Assembly (NCBI RefSeq): GCF_964355755.1
Contig: NC_092670.1
Location: forward strand, 27,142,795-27,206,794
Origin: Antedon mediterranea
Taxonomy: Eukaryota > Animalia > Echinodermata
DNA length: 64,000 nucleotides
Direction of reading: 5' to 3'
Part shown: positions 49,101 through 64,000 of the stretch, piece after piece
Layout of the letters: each line of letters opens with the position of its first letter
How positions within the stretch are numbered: position 1 is the first letter of the stretch
Notes under the pieces: model-generated
What the model was told of the DNA's origin: nothing
The model's input: the letters and a program-made list of their open reading frames with translations, nothing else
The model's database searches: none
Position numbers and translations under genes: made by a program

Positions 49101-52100
49101 TCTACCTCACCAATAATTATTATTAATATCATATATCATACTGTTAGATGTGATCAGTGTAGTCATAATTTGATAACTGAGCACGCATCTTTAAATATCT
49201 AAATCATCAATAATTATTATTAATAATCTATATCACATTGTTGGATATGATCAGTGTAGTCAGAATTTGATAACTGAGCACGCTTCTTTTAATATCTACC
49301 TCATCAATAATTATTATTAATATCTTATATCACATTGTTGGATATAATCAGTGTAGTCAGAATTTGATAACTGAGCACGCATCTTTTAATATCTACCTCA
49401 TCAATAATTATTATTAATATCTTATATCACATTGTTGGATATGATCAGTGTAGTCATAATTTGATAACTGAGCACGCCTCTTTAAATATCTACATCATCA
49501 ATAATTATTAATAATAATCTATATCACATTTTTGGATATGATCAGTGTAGTAATAATTTGATAACTGAGCACGCAACTTTTAATATCTACCTCATCAATA
49601 ATTAATGTTAATAATCTATATCACATTGTTGGATATGATCAGTGTAGTCAGAATTTGATAACTGAGCACGCATCTTTAAATATCTACCTCATCAATAATT
49701 ATTATTAATAATCTATATCACATTGTTGGATATAATCAGTGTAGTCATAATATGATAACTGAGCACGCATCTTTTAATATCTACCTCATCAATAATTATT
49801 ATTAATAATCTATAGCACATTGTTTGATATGATCAGTGTAGTCATAATTTGATAACTGAGCACGCATCTTTTAATATCTACCTCATCAGTAATTATTATT
49901 AATAATCTATAGCACATTGTTTGATATGATCAGTGTAGTCATAATTTGATAACTGAGCACGCATCTTTAAATATCTACATCATCAATAATTATTAATAAT
50001 AATCTATATCACATTTTTGGATATGATCAGTGTAGTCAGAATTTGATAACTGAGCACGCATCTTTAAATATCCACCTCATCAATAATTATTATTAATATC
50101 ATATATCACATTGTTCGATATGATCAGTGTAGTCAGAATTTGATAACTGAGCACGCATCTTTTAATATCTACCTCATCAATAATTTTTTATTAATATCTT
50201 ATATCACATTGTTGGATATGATCAGTGTAGTCATAATTTGATAACTGAGCACGCATCTTTTAATATCTACCTCATCAATAATTATTATTAATATCTTATA
50301 TCACATTGTTGGATATGATCAGTGTAGTCATAATTTGATAACTGAGCACGCCTCTTTAAATATCTACATCATCAATAATTATTAATAATAATCTATATCA
50401 CATTTTTGGATATGATCAGTGTAGTAATAATTTGATAACTGAGCACGCATCTGTCAATATCTACATCAACAATAATTATTATTAATAATCTATATCACAT
50501 TGTTGGATATGATCAGTGTAGTTACAATTTGATAACTGAGCATGCACGCATCTTTTAATATCTACCTCATCAATAATTAGCATTGATATCATATATCAGA
50601 TTGTTGGATATGATCAGTGTAGTCATAATTTGATAACTGAGCACGCATCTTTTAATATCTACCTCATCAATAATTATTTTTAATAATCTATATCACATTT
50701 TTCGATATAATCAGTGTAGTCAAAATTTGATAACTGAGCACGCATCTTTTAATATCTACCTCATCAATAATTATTACTAATAATCTATATCACATTGTTG
50801 GATATGATCAGTGTAGTCAGAATTTGAAAACTGAGCGCGCATCTTTTAATATCTACCTCACCAATAATTATTATTAATATCATATATCATACTGTTAGAT
50901 GTGATCAGTGTAGTCATAATTTGATAACTGAGCACGCATCTTTAAATATCTAAATCATCAATAATTATTATTAATAATCTATATCACATTGTTGGATATG
51001 ATCAGTGTAGTCAGAATTTGATAACTGAGCACGCTTCTTTTAATATCTACCTCATCAATAATTATTATTAATATCTTATATCACATTGTTGGATATAATC
51101 AGTGTAGTCAGAATTTGATAACTGAGCACGCATCTTTTAATATCTACCTCATCAATAATTATTATTAATATCTTATATCACATTGTTGGATATGATCAGT
51201 GTAGTCATAATTTGATAACTGAGCACGTCTCTTTAAATATCTACATCATCAATAATTATTAATAATAATCTATATCACATTTTTGGATATGATCAGTGTA
51301 GTAATAATTTGATAACTGAGCACGCATCTTTTAATATCTACCTCATCAATAATTAATGTTAATAATCTATATCACATTGTTGGATATGATCAGTGTAGTC
51401 AGAATTTGATAACTGAGCACGCATCTTTTAATATCTACCTCATCAATAATTATTATTAATAATCTATAGCACATTGTTTGATATGATCAGTGTAGTCATA
51501 ATTTGATAACTGAGCACGCATCTTTTAATATCTACCTCATCAGTAATTATTATTAATAATCTATAGCACATTGTTTGATATGATCAGTGTAGTCATAATT
51601 TGATAACTGAGCACGCATCTTTAAATATCTACATCATCAATAATTATTAATAATAATCTATATCACATTTTTGGATATGATCAGTGTAGTCAGAATTTGA
51701 TAACTGAGCACGCATCTTTAAATATCCACCTCATCAATAATTATTATTAATATCATATATCACATTGTTCGATATGATCAGTGTAGTCAGAATTTGATAA
51801 CTGAGCAAGCATCTTTTAATATCTACCTCATCAATAATTATTATTAATATCTTATATCACATTGTTGGATATGATCAGTGTAGTCATAATTTGATAACTG
51901 AGCACGCATCTTTAAATATCTACCTCATCAATAATTATTATTAATAATTTATATCACATTGTTGGATATAATCAGTGTAGTCAAAATTTGATAACTGAGC
52001 ACGCATCTTTTAATATCTACCTCATCAATAATTATTACTAATAATCTATATCACATTGTTGGATATGATCAGTGTAGTCAGAATTTGAAAACTGAGCACG

Positions 52101-55100
52101 CATCTTTTAATATCTACCTCACCAATAATTATTATTAATATCATATATCATACTGTTAGATGTGATCAGTGTAGTCATAATTTGATAACTGAGCACGCAT
52201 CTTTAAATATCTAAATCATCAATAATTATTATTAATAATCTATATCACATTTTTGGATATGATCAGTGTAGTCAGAATTTGATAACTGAGCACGCTTCTT
52301 TTAATATCTACCTCATCAATAATTATTATTAATATCTTATATCACATTGTTGAATATAATCAGTGTAGTCAGAATTTGATAACTGAGCACGCATCTTTTA
52401 ATATCTACCTCATCAATAATTATTATTATTATCTTATATCACATTGTTGGATATGATCAGTGTAGTCATAATTTGATAACTGAGCACGCCTCTTTAAATA
52501 TCTACATCATCAATAATTATTAATAATAATCTATATCACATTTTTGGATATGATCAGTGTAGTAATAATTTGATAACTGAGCACGCATCTATTAATATCT
52601 ACCTCATCAATAATTAATGTTAATAATCTATATCACATTGTTGGATATGATCAGTGTAGTCAGAATTTGATAACTGAGCACGCATCTTTAAATATCTACC
52701 TCATCAATAATTATTATTAATAATCTATATCACATTGTTGGATATAATCAGTGTAGTCATAATTTGATAACTGAGCACGCATCTTTTAATATCTACCTCA
52801 TCAATAATTATTATTAATAATCTATAGCACATTGTTTGATATGATCAGTGTAGTCATAATTTGATAACTGAGCACGCATCTTTTAATATCTACCTCATCA
52901 GTAATTATTATTAATAATCTATAGCACATTGTTTGATATGATCAGTGTAGTCATAATTTGATAACTGAGCACGCATCTTTAAATATCTACATCATCAATA
53001 ATTATTAATAATAATCTATATCACATTTTTGGATATGATCAGTGTAGTCAGAATTTGATAACTGAGCACGCATCTTTAAATATCCACCTCATCAATAATT
53101 ATTATTAATATCATATATCACATTGTTCGATATGATCAGTGTAGTCAGAATTTGATAACTGAGCACGCATCTTTTAATATCTACCTCATCAATAATTATT
53201 ATTAATATCTTATATCACATTGTTGGATATGATCAGTGTAGTCATAATTTGATAACTGAGCACGCATCTTTAAATATCTACATCATCAATAATTATTAAT
53301 GATAATCTATATCACATTTTGGGATATGATCAGTGTAGTCATAATTTGATAACTGAGCACGCATCTTTTAATATCTACCTCATCAATAATTGTTATTAAT
53401 ATCTTATATCACATTGTTGGATATGATCAGTGTAGTCAGAATTTGATAACTGAGCACGCATCTTTCAATATCTACATCATCAATAATTATTATTAATAAT
53501 CTATATCACATTGTTCGATATGATCAGTGTAGTCATAATTTGATAACTGAGCACGAATCTTTCAATATCTACATCAACAATAATTATTATTAATAATCTA
53601 TATCACATTGTTGGATATGATCAGTGTAGTCATAATTTGATAACTGAGCACTCATCTTTTAATATCTACCTCATCAATAATTATTATTAATATCTTATAT
53701 CACATTGTTGGATATGATCAATGTAGTCAGAATTTGATAACTGAGCACGCATCTTTCAATATCTACATCATCAATAATTATTATTAATAATCTATATCAC
53801 ATTGTTGGATATGATCAGTGTAGTCATAATTTGATAACTGATGACGCATCTGTCAATATCTACATCAACAATAATTATTATTAATAATCTATATCACATT
53901 GTTGAATATGATCAGTGTAGTCATAATTTGATAACTGAGCACGCATCTTTTAATATCTATTTCATCAATAATTATTATTAATATCTTACATCACATTGTT
54001 GGATATGATCAGTGTAGTCATAATTTGATAACTGAGCACGTATCTTTCAATATCTACATCATCAATAGTTATTATTAATAATCTATGTCACATTGTTGGA
54101 TATGATCAGTGTAGTCATAATTTGATAACTGAGCACGCATCTTTTAATATCTACCTCATCAATAATTATTATTAATATCTTATATCACATTGTTGGATAT
54201 GATCAGTGTAGTCAGAATTTAATAACTGAGCACGCATCTTTCAATATCTACATCATCAATACTTATTATTAATAATCTATATCACATTGTTGGATATGAT
54301 CAGTGTAGTCATAATTTGATAACTATGAGCACGCATCTTTTAATATCTACCATATCATTAATTAATATTAAAAATCTATATCACGTTGTTGGATATGATC
54401 AGTGTAGTCATAATTTGATAACTGAGCACGCATCTTTTAATATCTACCTCATCAATAATTATTATTAATAATCTATATCACATTGTTCAATATGATCAGT
54501 GTAGTCATAATTTGATAACTGAGCACGCATCTTTCAATATCTACCTCATCAATAATTATTAATAATAATCTATATGACATTGTTCGATATGATCAGTGTA
54601 GCCATAATTTGATAACTGAGAACGCATCTTTTAATATCTACCTCATCAATAATTATTATTAATATCTTATATCACATTGTTGGATATGATCAGTGTAGTC
54701 AGAATTTGATAACTGAGCACGCATCTTTTAATATCTACCTCATCAATAATTATTATTAATATCTTATATCACATTGTTGGAAATGATCAGTGTAGTCATA
54801 ATTTGATAACTGAGCACGCATCTTTTAATATCTACCTCATCAATAATTATTATTAATATCTTATATCACATTGTTGGATATGATCAGTGTAGTCAGAATT
54901 TGATAACTGAGCACGCATCTGTCAATATCTACATCAACAATAATTATTATTAATAATCTATATCACATTGTTGGATATGATCAGTGTAGTCATAATTTGA
55001 TAACTGAGCACTCATCTTTTAATATCTACCTCATCAATAATTATTATTAATATCTTATATCACATTGTTGGATATGATCAGTGTAGTCATAATTTGATAA

Positions 55101-58100
55101 CTGAGCACGCATCTTTAAATATCTACCTCATCAATAATTATTATTAATATCTTATATCACATTGTTGGATATGATCAGTGTAGTCAGAATTTGATAACTG
55201 AGCACGCATCTGTCAATATCTACATCAACAATAATTATTATTAATAATCTATATCACATTGTTGGATATGATCAGTGTAGTTACAATTTGATAACTGAGC
55301 ATGCACGCATCTTTTAATATCTACCTCATCAATAATTAGCATTGATATCATATATCAGATTGTTGGATATGATCAGTGTAGTCATAATTTGATAACTGAG
55401 CACGCATCTTTTAATATCTACCTCATCAATAATTATTTTTAATAATCTATATCACATTTTTCGATATAATCAGTGTAGTCAAAATTTGATAACTGAGCAC
55501 GCATCTTTTAATATCTACCTCATCAATAATTATTACTAATAATCTATATCACATTGTTGGATATGATCAGTGTAGTCAGAATTTGAAAACTGAGCACGCA
55601 TCTTTTAATATCTACCTCACCAATAATTATTATTAATATCATATATCATACTGTTAGATGTGATCAGTGTAGTCATAATTTGATAACTGAGCACGCATCT
55701 TTAAATATCTAAATCATCAATAATTATTATTAATAATCTATATCACATTGTTGGATATGATCAGTGTAGTCAGAATTTGATAACTGAGCACGCTTCTTTT
55801 AATATCTACCTCATCAATAATTATTATTAATATCTTATATCACATTGTTGGATATAATCAGTGTAGTCAGAATTTGATAACTGAGCACGCATCTTTTAAT
55901 ATCTACCTCATCAATAATTATTATTAATATCTTATATCACATTGTTGGATATGATCAGTGTAGTCATAATTTGATAACTGAGCACGCCTCTTTAAATATC
56001 TACATCATCAATAATTATTAATAATAATCTATATCACATTTTTGGATATGATCAGTGTAGTAATAATTTGATAACTGAGCACGCATCTTTTAATATCTAC
56101 CTCATCAATAATTAATGTTAATAATCTATATCACATTGTTGGATATGATCAGTGTAGTCAGAATTTGATAACTGAGCACGCATCTTTTAATATCTACCTC
56201 ATCAATAATTATTATTAATAATCTATAGCACATTGTTTGATATGATCAGTGTAGTCATAATTTGATAACTGAGCACGCATCTTTTAATATCTACCTCATC
56301 AGTAATTATTATTAATAATCTATAGCACATTGTTTGATATGATCAGTGTAGTCATAATTTGATAACTGAGCACGCATCTTTAAATATCTACATCATCAAT
56401 AATTATTAATAATAATCTATATCACATTTTTGGATATGATCAGTGTAGTCAGAATTTGATAACTGAGCACGCATCTTTAAATATCCACCTCATCAATAAT
56501 TATTATTAATATCATATATCACATTGTTCGATATGATCAGTGTAGTCAGAATTTGATAACTGAGCACGCATCTTTTAATATCTACCTCATCAATAATTAT
56601 TATTAATATCTTATATCACATTGTTGGATATGATCAGTGTAGTCATAATTTGATAACTGAGCACGCATCTTTAAATATCTACCTCATCAATAATTATTAT
56701 TAATAATCTATATCACATTGTTGGATATAATCAGTGTAGTCAAAATTTGATAACTGAGCACGCATCTTTTAATATCTACCTCATCAATAATTATTACTAA
56801 TAATCTATATCACATTGTTGGATATGATCAGTGTAGTCAGAATTTGAAAACTGAGCACGCATCTTTTAATATCTACCTCACCAATAATTATTATTAATAT
56901 CATATATCATACTGTTAGATGTGATCAGTGTAGTCATAATTTGATAACTGAGCACGCATCTTTAAATATCTAAATCATCAATAATTATTATTAATAATCT
57001 ATATCACATTGTTGGATATGATCAGTGTAGTCAGAATTTGATAACTGAGCACGCTTCTTTTAATATCTACCTCATCAATAATTATTATTAATATCTTATA
57101 TCACATTGTTGGATATAATCAGTGTAGTCAGAATTTGATAACTGAGCACGCATCTTTTAATATCTACCTCATCAATAATTATTATTAATATCTTATATCA
57201 CATTGTTGGATATGATCAGTGTAGTCATAATTTGATAACTGAGCACGCCTCTTTAAATATCTACATCATCAATAATTATTAATAATAATCTATATCACAT
57301 TTTTGGATATGATCAGTGTAGTAATAATTTGATAACTGAGCACGCAACTTTTAATATCTACCTCATCAATAATTAATGTTAATAATCTATATCACATTGT
57401 TGGATATGATCAGTGTAGTCAGAATTTGATAACTGAGCACGCATCTTTAAATATCTACCTCATCAATAATTATTATTAATAATCTATATCACATTGTTGG
57501 ATATAATCAGTGTAGTCATAATATGATAACTGAGCACGCATCTTTTAATATCTACCTCATCAATAATTATTATTAATAATCTATAGCACATTGTTTGATA
57601 TGATCAGTGTAGTCATAATTTGATAACTGAGCACGCATCTTTTAATATCTACCTCATCAGTAATTATTATTAATAATCTATAGCACATTGTTTGATATGA
57701 TCAGTGTAGTCATAATTTGATAACTGAGCACGCATCTTTAAATATCTACATCATCAATAATTATTAATAATAATCTATATCACATTTTTGGATATGATCA
57801 GTGTAGTCAGAATTTGATAACTGAGCACGCATCTTTAAATATCCACCTCATCAATAATTATTATTAATATCATATATCACATTGTTCGATATGATCAGTG
57901 TAGTCAGAATTTGATAACTGAGCACGCATCTTTTAATATCTACCTCATCAATAATTTTTTATTAATATCTTATATCACATTGTTGGATATGATCAGTGTA
58001 GTCATAATTTGATAACTGAGCACGCATCTTTTAATATCTACCTCATCAATAATTATTATTAATATCTTATATCACATTGTTGGATATGATCAGTGTAGTC

Positions 58101-61100
58101 ATAATTTGATAACTGAGCACGCCTCTTTAAATATCTACATCATCAATAATTATTAATAATAATCTATATCACATTTTTGGATATGATCAGTGTAGTAATA
58201 ATTTGATAACTGAGCACGCATCTGTCAATATCTACATCAACAATAATTATTATTAATAATCTATATCACATTGTTGGATATGATCAGTGTAGTTACAATT
58301 TGATAACTGAGCATGCACGCATCTTTTAATATCTACCTCATCAATAATTAGCATTGATATCATATATCAGATTGTTGGATATGATCAGTGTAGTCATAAT
58401 TTGATAACTGAGCACGCATCTTTTAATATCTACCTCATCAATAATTATTTTTAATAATCTATATCACATTTTTCGATATAATCAGTGTAGTCAAAATTTG
58501 ATAACTGAGCACGCATCTTTTAATATCTACCTCATCAATAATTATTACTAATAATCTATATCACATTGTTGGATATGATCAGTGTAGTCAGAATTTGAAA
58601 ACTGAGCGCGCATCTTTTAATATCTACCTCACCAATAATTATTATTAATATCATATATCATACTGTTAGATGTGATCAGTGTAGTCATAATTTGATAACT
58701 GAGCACGCATCTTTAAATATCTAAATCATCAATAATTATTATTAATAATCTATATCACATTGTTGGATATGATCAGTGTAGTCAGAATTTGATAACTGAG
58801 CACGCTTCTTTAAATATCTACATCATCAATAATTATTAATAATAATCTATATCACATTTTTGGATATGATCAGTGTAGTCAGAATTTGATAACTGAGCAC
58901 GCATCTTTAAATATCCACCTCATCAATAATTATTATTAATATCATATATCACATTGTTCGATATGATCAGTGTAGTCAGAATTTGATAACTGAGCACGCA
59001 TCTTTTAATATCTACCTCATCAATAATTATTATTAATATCTTATATCACATTGTTGGATATGATCAGTGTAGTCATAATTTGATAACTGAGCACGCATCT
59101 TTAAATATCTACATCATCAATAATTATTAATGATAATCTATATCACATTTTGGGATATGATCAGTGTAGTCATAATTTGATAACTGAGCACGCATCTTTT
59201 AATATCTACCTCATCAATAATTGTTATTAATATCTTATATCACATTGTTGGATATGATCAGTGTAGTCAGAATTTGATAACTGAGCACGCATCTTTCAAT
59301 ATCTACATCATCAATAATTATTATTAATAATCTATATCACATTGTTCGATATGATCAGTGTAGTCATAATTTGATAACTGAGCACGAATCTTTCAATATC
59401 TACATCAAAAATAATTATTATTAATAATCTATATCACATTGTTGGATATGATCAGTGTAGTCATAATTTGATAACTGAGCACTCATCTTTTAATATCTAC
59501 CTCATCAATAATTATTATTAATATCTTATATCACATTGTTGGATATGATCAATGTAGTCAGAATTTGATAACTGAGCACGCATCTTTCAATATCTACATC
59601 ATCAATAATTATTATTAATAATCTATATCACATTGTTGGATATGATCAGTGTAGTCATAATTTGATAACTGATGACGCATCTGTCAATATCTACATCAAC
59701 AATAATTATTATTAATAATCTATATCACATTGTTGAATATGATCAGTGTAGTCATAATTTGATAACTGAGCACGCATCTTTTAATATCTATTTCATCAAT
59801 AATTATTATTAATATCTTACATCACATTGTTGGATATGATCAGTGTAGTCATAATTTGATAACTGAGCACGTATCTTTCAATATCTACATCATCAATAGT
59901 TATTATTAATAATCTATGTCACATTGTTGGATATGATCAGTGTAGTCATAATTTGATAACTGAGCACGCATCTTTTAATATCTACCTCATCAATAATTAT
60001 TATTAATATCTTATATCACATTGTTGGATATGATCAGTGTAGTCAGAATTTAATAACTGAGCACGCATCTTTCAATATCTACATCATCAATACTTATTAT
60101 TAATAATCTATATCACATTGTTGGATATGATCAGTGTAGTCATAATTTGATAACTATGAGCACGCATCTTTTAATATCTACCATATCATTAATTAATATT
60201 AAAAATCTATATCACGTTGTTGGATATGATCAGTGTAGTCATAATTTGATAACTGAGCACGCATCTTTTAATATCTACCTCATCAATAATTATTATTAAT
60301 AATCTATATCACATTGTTCAATATGATCAGTGTAGTCATAATTTGATAACTGAGCACGCATCTTTCAATATCTACCTCATCAATAATTATTAATAATAAT
60401 CTATATGACATTGTTCGATATGATCAGTGTAGCCATAATTTGATAACTGAGAACGCATCTTTTAATATCTACCTCATCAATAATTATTATTAATATCTTA
60501 TATCACATTGTTGGATATGATCAGTGTAGTCAGAATTTGATAACTGAGCACGCATCTTTTAATATCTACCTCATCAATAATTATTATTAATATCTTATAT
60601 CACATTGTTGGATATGATCAGTGTAGTCATAATTTGATAACTGAGCACGCATCTTTTAATATCTACCTCATCAATAATTATTATTAATATCTTATATCAC
60701 ATTGTTGGATATGATCAGTGTAGTCAGAATTTGATAACTGAGCACGCATCTGTCAATATCTACATCAACAATAATTATTATTAATAATCTATATCACATT
60801 GTTGGATATGATCAGTGTAGTCATAATTTGATAACTGAGCACTCATCTTTTAATATCTACCTCATCAATAATTATTATTAATATCTTATATCACATTGTT
60901 GGATATGATCAGTGTAGTCATAATTTGATAACTGAGCACGCATCTTTAAATATCTACCTCATCAATAATTATTATTAATATCTTATATCACATTGTTGGA
61001 TATGATCAGTGTAGTCAGAATTTGATAACTGAGCACGCATCTGTCAATATCTACATCAACAATAATTATTATTAATAATCTATATCACATTGTTGGATAT

Positions 61101-64000
61101 GATCAGTGTAGTTACAATTTGATAACTGAGCATGCACGCATCTTTTAATATCTACCTCATCAATAATTAGCATTGATATCATATATCAGATTGTTGGATA
61201 TGATCAGTGTAGTCATAATTTGATAACTGAGCACGCATCTTTTAATATCTACCTCATCAATAATTATTTTTAATAATCTATATCACATTTTTCGATATAA
61301 TCAGTGTAGTCAAAATTTGATAACTGAGCACGCATCTTTTAATATCTACCTCATCAATAATTATTACTAATAATCTATATCACATTGTTGGATATGATCA
61401 GTGTAGTCAGAATTTGAAAACTGAGCACGCATCTTTTAATATCTACCTCACCAATAATTATTATTAATATCATATATCATACTGTTAGATGTGATCAGTG
61501 TAGTCATAATTTGATAACTGAGCACGCATCTTTAAATATCTAAATCATCAATAATTATTATTAATAATCTATATCACATTGTTGGATATGATCAGTGTAG
61601 TCAGAATTTGATAACTGAGCACGCTTCTTTTAATATCTACCTCATCAATAATTATTATTAATATCTTATATCACATTGTTGGATATAATCAGTGTAGTCA
61701 GAATTTGATAACTGAGCACGCATCTTTTAATATCTACCTCATCAATAATTATTATTAATATCTTATATCACATTGTTGGATATGATCAGTGTAGTCATAA
61801 TTTGATAACTGAGCACGCCTCTTTAAATATCTACATCATCAATAATTATTAATAATAATCTATATCACATTTTTGGATATGATCAGTGTAGTAATAATTT
61901 GATAACTGAGCACGCATCTTTTAATATCTACCTCATCAATAATTAATGTTAATAATCTATATCACATTGTTGGATATGATCAGTGTAGTCAGAATTTGAT
62001 AACTGAGCACGCATCTTTTAATATCTACCTCATCAATAATTATTATTAATAATCTATAGCACATTGTTTGATATGATCAGTGTAGTCATAATTTGATAAC
62101 TGAGCACGCATCTTTTAATATCTACCTCATCAGTAATTATTATTAATAATCTATAGCACATTGTTTGATATGATCAGTGTAGTCATAATTTGATAACTGA
62201 GCACGCATCTTTAAATATCTACATCATCAATAATTATTAATAATAATCTATATCACATTTTTGGATATGATCAGTGTAGTCAGAATTTGATAACTGAGCA
62301 CGCATCTTTAAATATCCACCTCATCAATAATTATTATTAATATCATATATCACATTGTTCGATATGATCAGTGTAGTCAGAATTTGATAACTGAGCACGC
62401 ATCTTTTAATATCTACCTCATCAATAATTATTATTAATATCTTATATCACATTGTTGGATATGATCAGTGTAGTCATAATTTGATAACTGAGCACGCATC
62501 TTTAAATATCTACCTCATCAATAATTATTATTAATAATCTATATCACATTGTTGGATATAATCAGTGTAGTCAAAATTTGATAACTGAGCACGCATCTTT
62601 TAATATCTACCTCATCAATAATTATTACTAATAATCTATATCACATTGTTGGATATGATCAGTGTAGTCAGAATTTGAAAACTGAGCACGCATCTTTTAA
62701 TATCTACCTCACCAATAATTATTATTAATATCATATATCATACTGTTAGATGTGATCAGTGTAGTCATAATTTGATAACTGAGCACGCATCTTTAAATAT
62801 CTAAATCATCAATAATTATTATTAATAATCTATATCACATTGTTGGATATGATCAGTGTAGTCAGAATTTGATAACTGAGCACGCTTCTTTTAATATCTA
62901 CCTCATCAATAATTATTATTAATATCTTATATCACATTGTTGGATATAATCAGTGTAGTCAGAATTTGATAACTGAGCACGCATCTTTTAATATCTACCT
63001 CATCAATAATTATTATTAATATCTTATATCACATTGTTGGATATGATCAGTGTAGTCATAATTTGATAACTGAGCACGCCTCTTTAAATATCTACATCAT
63101 CAATAATTATTAATAATAATCTATATCACATTTTTGGATATGATCAGTGTAGTAATAATTTGATAACTGAGCACGCAACTTTTAATATCTACCTCATCAA
63201 TAATTAATGTTAATAATCTATATCACATTGTTGGATATGATCAGTGTAGTCAGAATTTGATAACTGAGCACGCATCTTTAAATATCTACCTCATCAATAA
63301 TTATTATTAATAATCTATATCACATTGTTGGATATAATCAGTGTAGTCATAATATGATAACTGAGCACGCATCTTTTAATATCTACCTCATCAATAATTA
63401 TTATTAATAATCTATAGCACATTGTTTGATATGATCAGTGTAGTCATAATTTGATAACTGAGCACGCATCTTTTAATATCTACCTCATCAGTAATTATTA
63501 TTAATAATCTATAGCACATTGTTTGATATGATCAGTGTAGTCATAATTTGATAACTGAGCACGCATCTTTAAATATCTACATCATCAATAATTATTAATA
63601 ATAATCTATATCACATTTTTGGATATGATCAGTGTAGTCAGAATTTGATAACTGAGCACGCATCTTTAAATATCCACCTCATCAATAATTATTATTAATA
63701 TCATATATCACATTGTTCGATATGATCAGTGTAGTCAGAATTTGATAACTGAGCACGCATCTTTTAATATCTACCTCATCAATAATTTTTTATTAATATC
63801 TTATATCACATTGTTGGATATGATCAGTGTAGTCATAATTTGATAACTGAGCACGCATCTTTTAATATCTACCTCATCAATAATTATTATTAATATCTTA
63901 TATCACATTGTTGGATATGATCAGTGTAGTCATAATTTGATAACTGAGCACGCCTCTTTAAATATCTACATCATCAATAATTATTAATAATAATCTATAT
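40116..64000. repeat. 97-bp AT-rich satellite array with higher-order repeats, continuing past the window end
   Basis: Consensus GATATGATCAGTGTAGTCATAATTTGATAACTGAGCACGCATCTTTTAATATCTACCTCATCAATAATTATTATTAATATCTTATATCACATTGTTG; ~246 monomers; no ORFs. Confidence 0.98.

Noticed and set aside
40116-64000. CRISPR-like array (conserved core with variable parts)
   Set aside because: The whole 97 bp repeats with point variants; there are no unique spacers or cas genes, and the context is eukaryotic.

Overview
AT-rich eukaryotic (metazoan, probably marine invertebrate) heterochromatin with no host gene. Bases 1-40 kb are a stack of nested transposable elements. Element A (7660-21360, +) is a Gypsy LTR retrotransposon with near-identical LTRs, a tRNA-His PBS and a -1 frameshift signal. 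It has lost RT/RNase H and carries three CR1/L2-group LINE insertions. Element B (22820-~39840, -) is a Mag-like Gypsy with a 155-bp 3' LTR. It is broken by two Academ-like foldback elements (one holding a Helitron), three Harbinger-like elements and a TA-flanked MITE, most with readable TSDs. Tiny CA...TG palindromes with 7-8 bp TSDs look like P-superfamily excision footprints. From ~40.1 kb to the end lies a 97-bp satellite (~246 monomers) built from nested higher-order repeats (38,38,31,49,31,29,31+ monomers). It starts where the gag of element B is cut, behind a diverged lone monomer. The window looks like a pericentromere/centromere boundary. All family assignments come from motifs and termini read by eye; no database search was run.
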